Below are positions 11,060-20,999 of a DNA stretch of 64,000 nucleotides, in pieces. The translations under genes were made by a program, and so were the position numbers. This stretch comes from Plasmodiophora brassicae (taxonomy: Eukaryota): NCBI GenBank assembly GCA_036867785.1, contig CP145413.1, positions 1,178,001 to 1,242,000 on the forward strand, read 5' to 3'. Position 1 is the first letter of the stretch, and the number at the start of each line of letters is the position of its first letter. Under the pieces are notes generated by a model, which was not told the DNA's origin, did not search any database, and worked only from the letters and a program-made list of their open reading frames with translations.

Positions 11060-12091
11060 TCATCGTCCTGGTCGCAGGTACAGAGAGCCGATATGGACGG
11101 TCTGGAACCGGGATTTAGCATACCGCTCCAGATCAAGTTCGCGATCTTCCGCTAACAGGGCGTCCATATCGAGCACGGACCCTCCAACGATATTATACGT
11201 GGGGTTCTGTCCATTATATAGTAATGTCAGTTCAAGAACGGAAGTGCTCTTGGAACGCGGGCATCACCTGGTAGACATCCTGGACTCGGTTCACAGTGAT
11301 GATGGACATAGTCGCTTCTAACGGGCAAGCACTAAACGGGTATTCCGCGGAAGGAAACAACCCCAGCTTGCCCAAAGCCTCGTTTCCATGAACTTCGAGT
11401 TTGTTCGGATGGGACCGTTCGGGAGGCGAAAGACTATCCATAACCTTAATGCAACAGTCAGTCAGTACTCGAGTGACGCCACATAACGGACAAGATGTAC
11501 ACTTGCCTGGCGCGCGGTCTTTGTTCGGTAGAAGCATCCGCTAAGGTCCCATTCGTAACACCACTCACTAGTGCCTGCATACTCAATGTGAACTGCGACG
11601 CAACAGGGAAACATGTCGAACCAACCAAGAACTGGAAGGTACTGGTAATGCGTGCCGCGATCAAAGAGTGGCGGCACCTGCACAGGTCCATCTCGATTAA
11701 AGCTTCTGGTGATGTTCTTGTGCAGTCGAAGATGAAACGCCAAGCACTGCGACTCGCACCCGCCCAACGCTTTCGCGACGGTACCCAGCGAAAATTCCCG
11801 GTAAAACACACAGTCGTCGACGACGAAAAAGACAACGTGAGAGTGCACATTTAGCACCGCATCGAGCAGCACCTGGAACGTTTCACGTTCACGTTCGCGG
11901 TGGAACGCCACCATCGGAAACAATCGCGCCAGTCGCTTGTACGACTCCGCCAACCCTGCCGTAGACGCCGCATAGATAACGTGAACGTCGATCGCCTGCC
12001 CATCGAGGCGCATACACGCCTGCATCGACGTCAGGCAGGCGCGCAGCTGGAACGCTCGGTCCTTGGAGAACGCCACGCACAGGAACTGCAT
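11060..12091 (-). CDS. GT-A-fold glycosyltransferase-like protein, multi-exon
   Basis: VAFSKDRAFQLRACLTS, VHVIY, VFFVVDDCVF (DxD-like), FHLRL, YEWDLSGCFYR, HPNKLE, VNRVQ; includes a GC-AG intron at 11445-11506. Confidence 0.65.
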
Positions 12092-12241
12092 TGCGAATGC
12101 CGAACGCGCGTTGCGCGTCGCCGTAACACAATCCCCCGCATTGTATGGGGACCCTGTTTATAGAACGGGCCGTGCGCTAATTTGTTGTCACTTGGCAACT
12201 TGGCGCAGGTCAAGGCAGGCCTGAACGCGTGTTCGTCCACG

Positions 12242-13621
12242 ATGTCAGCGAGATGCAGGAGCGCGGCGAGTAACGGGCTGACGCCCGGCGAATGCGATGT
12301 GCTCGAGGAGGTGGTCCGTTCGCTGGAGCAGACGACGCCGCTCGATGGGCTGAAGGCCGTCGAACCGCTGCTCGACCGCCTGTCTCAGATTCAACCGCCG
12401 TTGCAGTCACCATCAGAGCCATCACGAGCGAAGGCGCTCGCCGATCTTCAGCAGTGGTTCGCGAAATCGAATCCGTCTGGCGGAACAGATCAAACCTGGT
12501 CGTTGTCAGCCGACGTGAATGGCGTCAAGGCCTGTCGCGACCTCCCTGCTGGATCGACGTTCATTACCGTCCCGAAGTCCATGATGGTGATGGCCACCGA
12601 GCCGACGATCGCGATCGACGCGGTCTGCGAGAAGATCCCAAGCGTGGCGCTTACGTTGCAACTGATCCATGAGCGACGAGTCGGCGGCGAATCCCGCTTC
12701 GCGGCCTACATCGCGTCACTACCGGCCCTGGGAAGCACCGAACTCGACGCGGCAGCGTTCTGGCCCATTTCCCAGATCAAGACGGCGCTGGAGCCGACGA
12801 CGGCGTACTCGGGCGCGATCCGAACCCGCCTGTCCACAGTGCAGCATTATGTCTATCTGGTTGGATACGTTGTCCTTCCCCCAGGTTTCACACGCCTATC
12901 GTGGGCGGAATGGTCCTGGGCAAGCGCGATCGTCCTGTCGAGGCAGAACAGCATCGTTCCCGGGACGCTGGCGTTGATCCCGTGCTGGGACATGGCCAAT
13001 CACGATCCCAACGGATGCAGGTCGTTCTACAACGAAGACGGCAACGTTCTTGTTAGCGAGACGTCATCGTCGGTCGCCGCTGACGACCAGATCTTCATCA
13101 ACTACGGCTGCCGCCCTGCCTGGCAACTCGTCGTCTATCAAGGTTTCGTCGGATCGTCGTCCGACTGCGGGTCGTCGCTAATGCGAGCCGCTCTGAACGA
13201 TCTCCAGCAACCTCGAGACGATATTGTCAAGCTGCGGTCGATGTTGCTGGAGAAACGTGACATCGCCAATGCTGACATGCAGGTTGGCGGCGATGGCAGC
13301 GTCCCTGATGCACTGCTGTGGGCGGCCCGTATCAACAGTCTCGATCGGGAATCGGCAGCGATCGCGCTTCGCAACCCGAACGCATCTTCGGTGTCACCAG
13401 CGAACGAGCGGGCCGCCCTGCTGTCCCTGTTCTACGTGCTCAGCACCAGGTTAGAAGACCGTGAGGCAGTTTGCAAGCAGAACGCGCCAGGGATGGGTGC
13501 TGTGCCCGAACGGCGTGCCCATGTCGCCAAGATGCTGACGTCGATGGAGATATCGACGCTGAGGAAGACGATCGGATGGATCCAGGCGAGGATCGCTGAG
13601 TGTGGCAATACAGGTAAATGA
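12242..13621 (+). CDS. SET-domain methyltransferase, SETD3/Rubisco-LSMT family
   Basis: FITVPKSMM, SRFAAYIASLP, WASAIVLSRQN, ALIPCWDMANH, QIFINYG; C-terminal substrate-binding region (VSPANERAAL). Confidence 0.85.
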   Translation: MSARCRSAASNGLTPGECDVLEEVVRSLEQTTPLDGLKAVEPLLDRLSQIQPPLQSPSEPSRAKALADLQQWFAKSNPSGGTDQTWSLSADVNGVKACRDLPAGSTFITVPKSMMVMATEPTIAIDAVCEKIPSVALTLQLIHERRVGGESRFAAYIASLPALGSTELDAAAFWPISQIKTALEPTTAYSGAIRTRLSTVQHYVYLVGYVVLPPGFTRLSWAEWSWASAIVLSRQNSIVPGTLALIPCWDMANHDPNGCRSFYNEDGNVLVSETSSSVAADDQIFINYGCRPAWQLVVYQGFVGSSSDCGSSLMRAALNDLQQPRDDIVKLRSMLLEKRDIANADMQVGGDGSVPDALLWAARINSLDRESAAIALRNPNASSVSPANERAALLSLFYVLSTRLEDREAVCKQNAPGMGAVPERRAHVAKMLTSMEISTLRKTIGWIQARIAECGNTGK

Positions 13622-13651
13622 GCTCATTGATCAAGCATATACCTTCATTGT

Positions 13652-14218
13652 TCACATCGCATGGCGCTGACGCTCTTGTTTCGCGGCCTCGTCTTCGAGG
13701 CGGCGTTCGCGTTTCGCGGCCTCGAACTTGTCGATGATCTCCTGCTGGTGCACATGGATATCGTCCTTGGGGCGATGTTTCTTGATAATCCCAATGTCAA
13801 AGTCCAGTTCTCGGATGGGGTCCTGATGACCCTCGAACGGATGCACGATCATGTCAATGGTCTCATCGAGAATCCCAATAACGACGTTGAACCGCGCACG
13901 ATCGCCTTCAGTCATGGTCGGCAATTCCAGGTGCTCGCCATCGCCGGCGTCGTGGAACCCCATGGCTTTCAGCAGATCAATCGTGCCGGGAACCGGCATC
14001 AGCCGCTCCTGAATCGCACGTGCCGTCATCTTCAAATGGTGGTACACGGTGTCCTCCGGATGGTGCTGCACGTTCGTCAGGATCTGCTTCAGCAAGCGCG
14101 CGGCGCCCAGCAGCGCGCTCGGGTTCTCGTGCGTCACCAGGACGCGCAGCGCATCGAACACACCACTGTCGCTGACGATCGCCGACATGTTCGGCGGCCC
14201 CACCCACTTCGGATCCAT
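13652..14218 (-). CDS. PUB (PUG) domain protein
   Basis: LLKQILTNVQHHPEDTVYHHLK..AIQERLMPVPGTIDLLKAMGF matches the PUB consensus. Confidence 0.8.
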   Translation of the reverse strand: MDPKWVGPPNMSAIVSDSGVFDALRVLVTHENPSALLGAARLLKQILTNVQHHPEDTVYHHLKMTARAIQERLMPVPGTIDLLKAMGFHDAGDGEHLELPTMTEGDRARFNVVIGILDETIDMIVHPFEGHQDPIRELDFDIGIIKKHRPKDDIHVHQQEIIDKFEAAKRERRLEDEAAKQERQRHAM

Positions 14219-14230
14219 CGTGCCAGACTC

Positions 14231-14249
14231 TGTGTGTGTGTGTGTGTGT
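14231..14249. repeat. (TG)n microsatellite
   Basis: tgtgtgtgtgtgtgtgtgt immediately upstream of the PUB ATG. Confidence 0.9.
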
Positions 14250-14575
14250 TTATGAGTGGCTGCAACGCACTTTTGAGCCGCATGGCCGCATGGGCCGACC
14301 CGACGTTAGGAAAAGTCCGACCAGTTTTCGATCAGGAAAACGACAGCCGTTTTCGAAACGTAAGGTGAAAGCGACGACAGGCAACTGCCAACCTGCCGGT
14401 TGCAGTCACTGAGTCGTGCAGATAAACGCGCGGCCAATGGGTCCCCGACGTCTGTGACGGGGTGCGCTCCAGAAGGGTCTGGAAGCGGTCGGCGCCGGTT
14501 GGTCCGGTTGGGCGGGCGAAGTGGCCGTGGCGGTTGGCAAAGCGCTTACTGTGCAGGTCTGTCTGCGGGTGCACA

Positions 14576-14928
14576 ATGAGTCCAGTGTGGCGAGCGCGAT
14601 TCGGCGCCAGGGCGCTGTCAACGAGGCGAATGGCCCAGATGACTATCGTTGTGCCTGTGGACCCTCCCATGCCGTACGTCATCAGCAGCCAACTCGAAGT
14701 GTACCCCAATCACCACCTGCTGCAAGACCGCCTCCTTCGAGCAGAGTACTGGCGCTTGTATGGTTACTTGATCGCATTGCGTCCTGACTGGCCATACGTA
14801 GGTTGGTCTACTTTGGCATGAAGAACAAGAACCTACCAGCGCGGCGGAACCCCGGCGGCGCCCTGCAGAAGCATGTTGACCCGCTAAACGACGGCCTATG
14901 GCCGTTCCCGTGGGGCTTCAAGAAGTAA
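14576..14928 (+). CDS. Small two-exon protein (102 aa) with mitochondrial-presequence-like N-terminus
   Basis: Exon 14576-14757 + 44-nt GT-AG intron 14758-14801 + exon 14802-14928 gives 309 nt in frame: MSPVWRARFGARALSTRR...EYWRLLVYFGMKNKNLP...WPFPWGFKK*. Confidence 0.6.
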
Positions 14929-15338
14929 TCCATCCCGCTTCCACAACTCGCTCAACCTACCGCTCACCCACTATTGACCGTTTCGAACATCACCGTCATC
15001 CACACTGTGTACATATTTATAAACCATTACCAACTCCTGCCTCCTGGCCGACAGTCTGGCCGGCCGATCCTGCGTCGGGTTGCCAGCTGTTGACATACAT
15101 AATCTTCGGTCGCCTACCTACGGTACAGTAGCCGTGCTGGACGCAGTGTCATCCAAAAATAGCATTCTGCGTGACTCGCGCTGACGGGAGGCCACGCCGT
15201 TGCATTTGAGAAACCGTGCCTGGGTTTTTCTCGAACCGTCGACTGTCTCGATAGTCGAGGCCCAGCGCAGCCGCTCAGTGAACTCTTAAGCGCCGGTTAC
15301 TTGGCGCGGGTGCGCGCGAGGCAGCCACTCACCGGGAG

Positions 15339-16312
15339 ATGTCGCGGAAGGGCGCCGATGGGTACCTTCTGCGGAAGATGATCGAGGACCTGCAGTCCAT
15401 CCAGCGGGAATGCGACCCGCAGGCCGTCGAGGCCGACGAGGGCAAGGACAAGCTGGACGCGTTCGAGGCGTCGAAACGCGACCTGACCTTTATGATCGTT
15501 GAGCTGAAGAAGGTAATTCCTTTATGACACTCGGCGTAATGTTCCTCCTGATAATCGTATTGCTACCAGAATATTGAACGGCGTAACGAAATGCTGCAAA
15601 ACCATGGCCGACAGGAGCAGACGATCCGGTTGAAGGCGGAGAACGAGAAGGCGCTGACGAGTGCCAAGTTGAAATTCAACGAGATGCGAAAGGCGTATGA
15701 CGCGCAAGTCGCCAAGAAACGTGGCAAGCGCCTACCCGATGACGTCCTCGCCAATCGGAAGGAAATGATTGAGCTGCTCGAGCAGGACATCAAGGACCTC
15801 GAGCAGGCGCACAGTCAGATCCGACCACGACGTGGAGGCGACGGAAACCGCGATCTTGCGCGCCAGTTGAAGGAGAACCGGCAGAGGGAACGCGAGGAGG
15901 ATGCGAAGCTCGGGAAGGAGGCCGTGCCGATGGGCGAGCTGTCTGCAGGAGCGCAGCAGTTCCAGATGGAGAAGGAGGACCATGATGCCAAGACCGATCA
16001 GCAGCTGGACCTGATCAGGACAGGCGTTCGCGACCTGCACGACATTGCCAGCGAGATGCATGAAGAGCTCCAGGTCCAACAGGTTGTCATCGAAGAGGTC
16101 AACAAGGAGTTCGACGTTCTCGAGAAGAAGTTTAAGACTGCGAACCAGCGACTGAACACGCTTCTCGAAGAGGTACGGTGATTATGGTTCGTGTACAATG
16201 GCCACTGACTGACTGGCCCCTGTAGAGTGGCGGGACTGCACGATGGTGCTCGTTGATGATCGCATTTATCATATTGCTGGCGTTGCTGGGCTATATCTTC
16301 CAACTGTTCTAA
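15339..16312 (+). CDS. Qc-SNARE/syntaxin (SYP7-like), 3 exons
   Basis: Coiled coil, SNARE motif DQQLDLIRTGVRDLHDIASEMHEELQVQ..., C-terminal TM WCSLMIAFIILLALLGYIFQLF*. Confidence 0.85.
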
Positions 16313-16674
16313 TTATAAACGAGCACCTGCCCCGTTGAAGCACGCGTGTCCAGCTGCCCCCCGTCGACACCTGGTACTACACGGAAGCACCTGCACCAGG
16401 CAGAATGGCCAGCACCATGGCGATCTCTACAACACACATTCGGCGGATGGCGTCAGCACCTGTCGCCCCGATCCTGTGGACGCGTTACGCGCATGGTGCC
16501 ACCTGATGCACTTTGGAACTTGGAAGCCTGCTGCGGCAATGGGCCCTACAGTGGGCAACCGCAGACGTATACCCACCTGGTCGTCTCCTCCGGTGCCGTT
16601 CTTTTGAGAGCGTCGAAGGCGGAGCTCCCTCAGTGGTATTTTGTGTCGGCGGCATCACGGCGGGGTGCTGCTCG

Positions 16675-18721
16675 ATGCTGGTCCGGTGCGGGGCATGGCG
16701 TCGATCGTGGGCGTGGGCCACGCGTGCCTTCTCCAGCAAATGTATGTACGGGGGAGGGTGCATGTGCGTCGCCTATCACGTGCTTGACGATCCGCCTTGG
16801 GGGGCAGATCCGGAGTTCACCAAGCTGACCATGCCGGCGCTGTCGCCGACGATGACGAAAGGTCCACCCGGGCGCTCCGGTTGAACGTCGTCGGTAACAC
16901 TATCGTGATTAGGTGGGATCTCGAAATGGGTCAAACAAGTGGGGGACCGGATCGAACCCGGCGACGTGTACGTTGGATGCCGGCCGCATCCGAGTGTGCC
17001 TCAGTGAGACGTGTGGCAGGATTGCGTCGATCGAGACCGATAAAGCGACTGTAGATTTCGGTACCTGCTGCTCACGTGGTGCCATGCTTCAAGTAATGTG
17101 CTGCTGTTGCAGAGGCGCAGGAGGAAGGGTACCTCGCAAAGATACTTGTTTCTGAGGGGGCCGTTGATATCCCCGTCGGGCAATTACTGGGCGTTGTGGT
17201 TGACGAAGAGGACAGCGTGCCGAAGTTCGCCGACTTCCAAGCCGAGGCACCGGGGCAGGCAGCGTCGCAGACGGAGGACGCGTATGAGTCGGAAGATGAG
17301 GCCGAGGAGGCACCAGCGAAGACGTACCCCGCTCACGACCTGTTGAAAATGCCAGCTCTGAGCCCTACTATGACCAAGGGGTACGATGCCTGCATTCGCT
17401 GGTTCTCGCATGGACTGAGTCTTACATTGCCATGCAGGTCTATTGCGAAATGGCTGAAGAAGGTTGTTGCTGAGTGCGCAGGGGAATCGATAGCTGTGTT
17501 TGACAGTACCGCGTAGAAAGGTGACCCTGTCAAAGCAGGCGACGTCCTCGCTCAGGTGGAGACCGATAAGGCGACCGTTGACTATGGTACTTTCACGCGA
17601 ACGCTACTTGCTTATCATTTGCTCAACGGTTTTTAGAGGCGCTTGAAGATGGGTTTGTCGCAAAGGTCCTGGTGGACGCTGGGACACCAGATATTGCTGT
17701 GGGACAGCCCGTCGCCGTGATTGTCGAAGACAGTGACGCTATCGAGGCGTTCCATGACTTCAAACCGCCACGTGCGTCAGGGCCCAAGGCGCCTTCGACA
17801 CAAGCGCGAAAAGAGGCACCGAACCCGTCTGCTTCGGCCACGAAGGAAACGACCAGACCATCAGGTCCTTCGAAAGCGTCGCAGACACCACGAGCATCAG
17901 CTAAACAGCGCTCTGACGGCGGCCGAGTCTTCGCCAGCCCTTACGCACGTAAGATCGCTGCCGAGTTCAACATCGACATATCGCAGGTTCCAGGATCAGG
18001 ACCTGAGAACCGGATCGTGGCCGCTGATGTTCAGAAGTATGCTGAGGAGAGGGGAGCCGGAACAGGTGCGCCTAGCGCAGGCATCGCTGTCGGTAATGTG
18101 GATGCCGAGCGCGTTGCTCTGTCAAAGAAGTCGATCCCGCATTACTACCTGACGTCGGCCGTCAACGCAGACGCGATTATCAAGACGATTGCTTCCATCA
18201 AGGACGACTGCGATGCTGCCGCTGTTCCGGTTGACGTCAGGTCGTTTGTCGTCAAAGCTGCTGCGGCTGCAATGAAAGACGTACCGGTCGTGAACTCCCG
18301 ATGGAATGACGACTCCATTCGGCAATTCGACTACGTCGACGTTGGCGTCACCATCGTGGGCGCCCAGGGCCAAGTCGTCAAGCCCGTCGTCACCGATGCC
18401 GACCTGAAAGGCCTTCGCGAAATCGCCCGTGACCTCGCAGGCGAATCGGCATCCGCCGACTCCACATTCACCATATCGCATTTGGACATCCCGGCCATGG
18501 CGCAAGCCTCGGGAATCGTCGACCCGGATCAGGCAGCCATCCTCACGATCGGCGCCGTGTACGACGTCGTCCTCGAACGGCAACCGGGTCAGTTCGCGCG
18601 CTCGCAGGTCTTCAACGCGACGCTGTCCTGTGACCATCGTATCATCGACGGCGCCGTCGGCGCCCAGTGGCTCCAGGCCTTCAAACGGTATTGCGAGGAC
18701 CCGCTGTCGCTCTTGCTATAA
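16675..18721 (+). CDS. Pyruvate dehydrogenase E2 (dihydrolipoamide acetyltransferase)-like protein with two lipoyl domains, mitochondrial
   Basis: Presequence MLVRCGAWRRSWAWATRAFSS; two MPALSPTMTKG..(I/V)ETDKATVD lipoyl domains; PSBD FASPYARKIA..GSGPENRI; IPHYYLT; SCDHRIIDGAVGAQWL. Confidence 0.9.
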
Positions 18722-18903
18722 AATTGGTCAAAGTTCGCGCAGTTTTGGCGTAACCAGATGTAACCGCGAGCGAGCGTGTCAGCGTGAGGTGCCCCGTTTG
18801 CAGTTCGTGCGGGACTGCGGATCGGGATCGGGTCGGAAGAATCCAGACAACGGACCTGACTGCGTCCGGGGCTACGGGGCGCACACTGTGAAGAGTGGCA
18901 GCA

Positions 18904-19998
18904 ATGAGCAGTGTAATGAGGGTACCGCCGCCACTGGCCGACGCAGACCTCAACAGCAGGCTGGCGGGGCCGGTCGGTCGGTTCCAGATCGGCCGTCGCG
19001 TTCCAGAACGGGACCAGACCGGTATGGTGGCCGAAGGGCAGTCGTCCAGCAGCGACGACCTGGAGAAAGACCTGCGCCTGGCGGCCGAAATCGGAACCGG
19101 GTTGCTGGCGCGCAACGAGGAGCTGGAGCGGGCGCTCGCCGATGCGCAGGAACGGGAGGCGTCCGCCCTGGCCACCTGCGATGATCTCCGACGCCGGATC
19201 GCCATCAGCGAGGACGAGATCCTGGCGTTATCCGCCGACGTCATGCAATTGTCGAAACCGGACCCGCGCCTGAAGGAAGCCGCTGCCCGCATTCGTCAGC
19301 TGGAGAACGCCCTGCGCGATGCCAAACAGGTGGCCGACGAGAACGACGACGCCGTTGTGAACCAGCACACCGGTGGCGGTGAATCCGACGACCACTACAC
19401 TGCCGCGGGCCTAGGGCCGATCTCCAGACGGAACGCCCTGTCGGAACTGAAGTCGTTTGCTCGCGAACGCCAACTTGAACGAGAGCTGGCGGAAAGGCAG
19501 CGATCACTGGCGGAGACGCGAATGGCGCTAGAAGACGCCAGGACGCAGACGGCAGGGCTCTCGGGGACGGTCGCAAACCTAACGGCAGCGAATGCACGCC
19601 TTCGGGAGACCGTTGAAGCACTTGAAGAAGAGCTGGCGAAGAGAGGGGAGCAGCGCTCGAGAGCGTCGTCGGCGACGACGTTGCTCGAGGAGATGACGAA
19701 GAACGATGAGCCGGCGTCGATCGGCAACGATAGGAACGGCGGGAACGTGCTGGTCGAGTTCTTCTTCCTGACGGCGATGGCGTGTAAGCTCGAGCTGGTC
19801 CGACAAGGGCTGTCCAGTGAGGTCTACACGATCACCAACGAGCAGCTGTACGACGACATGGTGCGGGAGCAGCAACCCGTACCGTTCTGCTACTACCATT
19901 ACTGGATCAAGGCGCGCCTGACGCAGACGCTTCGCATGCGAGATCAACAGGCGAAATCGGAGACGAGCATCTGGCATGCACTCTGGAACTGGATATAA
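18904..19998 (+). CDS. Coiled-coil protein with CC1-box/HAP1_N-like motif (putative dynein adaptor)
   Basis: DLEKDLRLAAEIGTGLLARNEEL at the N-terminus, long heptad repeats, C-terminal globular motif EFFFLTAMACKL..LYDDM..VPFCYYHYWI. Confidence 0.7.
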   Translation: MSSVMRVPPPLADADLNSRLAGPVGRFQIGRRVPERDQTGMVAEGQSSSSDDLEKDLRLAAEIGTGLLARNEELERALADAQEREASALATCDDLRRRIAISEDEILALSADVMQLSKPDPRLKEAAARIRQLENALRDAKQVADENDDAVVNQHTGGGESDDHYTAAGLGPISRRNALSELKSFARERQLERELAERQRSLAETRMALEDARTQTAGLSGTVANLTAANARLRETVEALEEELAKRGEQRSRASSATTLLEEMTKNDEPASIGNDRNGGNVLVEFFFLTAMACKLELVRQGLSSEVYTITNEQLYDDMVREQQPVPFCYYHYWIKARLTQTLRMRDQQAKSETSIWHALWNWI

Positions 19999-20167
19999 AC
20001 GACGGGCGGCGCGTCGACGAACAATATCGGCTGTGGTATATTACGTGTCAGAGGTCGTTAATTGTCGGGTCGCTGACGCGAGGATCTCTTCTGTCGTATT
20101 CAGCGCCGGTCGCGAGCACCTGCACGAAACAACATGTTAAACGTCGTAATCCCACACGACAACAGCA

Positions 20168-20869
20168 TCAGCGACCGCTTACCCAGATGCCATCCCGGTT
20201 GCGGTTGAGGTTCTTCTGTTCCCGCGATCGGCGCTGGCGGCGAACGACAATGTACGCGCAGGCTGCAACAGCGACGATGAACACGACACCGACGCCACAC
20301 CAGACGAAGATGCTCCGCTGCCAGGGTTTGTGTCGAAGATAATCTTGCCCACTACCCTCTTCGATACTAGCGCCCATCTTAACAGGAGCCTTCCGAGCAT
20401 CCAGCCGAATCGTCGCATTGACCGAACAGGACGGCTCGCTCAGACATGATACCACGAGACAGACGTCGGTGAAGGCGTCCTGCAAACCGGCAGGGACCTG
20501 CAGGGCACGGTTGCAGTTGCCGTCTGGTTCGCTGGACGACGAGCAGACTGATGCTTTCAGGAATCCGTCAGGCACAATCGGCCGATTCGCTTGGCAGGCA
20601 GCGCCGCTCGACAGGAACGTCGAGAACTGGCACCGGTCCGACTGCCCGACGTAGTTGCACGATACCGAGTACTGCAGCTGGTGAACGGGCTCTTCGAGCG
20701 ACGTTGTAGAGCACCCAGCAACAGAGGTGGTGCGGCCATTGCTGAGAATTAGAGGTTCGGAGAGCTTGCAGATCTTTGCAGAGCGCTTTGGGTGCTGCTG
20801 AGCACTAGCCGGTGCCGCTAAGGCCACCACCGCAAGGAACGCGACGATCGCCATGCGATCAAATCGCAT
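20168..20869 (-). CDS. Cys-rich single-pass (type I) membrane protein, unknown function
   Basis: Signal peptide MAIVAFLAVVALAAPASA, Cys-rich ectodomain, TM IFVWCGVGVVFIVAVAACAYIVV followed by RRQRR. Confidence 0.7.
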   Translation of the reverse strand: MRFDRMAIVAFLAVVALAAPASAQQHPKRSAKICKLSEPLILSNGRTTSVAGCSTTSLEEPVHQLQYSVSCNYVGQSDRCQFSTFLSSGAACQANRPIVPDGFLKASVCSSSSEPDGNCNRALQVPAGLQDAFTDVCLVVSCLSEPSCSVNATIRLDARKAPVKMGASIEEGSGQDYLRHKPWQRSIFVWCGVGVVFIVAVAACAYIVVRRQRRSREQKNLNRNRDGIWVSGR

Positions 20870-20999
20870 TCGTTCAGCGCTCAGCTAACGGGTCGAAATA
20901 GGAAATGATGAAGGCGAAGATTGACTTCGAGTTGTGTCATGGGCGCTGTGCAGTGGAGTCAACATACGATCAGGGAGTGAGTCACTGGGAGGAACCGGG

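Noticed and set aside
12242-13621. Functional link between the SETD3-like (protein His methylase) gene and the EgtD domain
   Set aside because: Different folds and substrates; no evidence beyond proximity.
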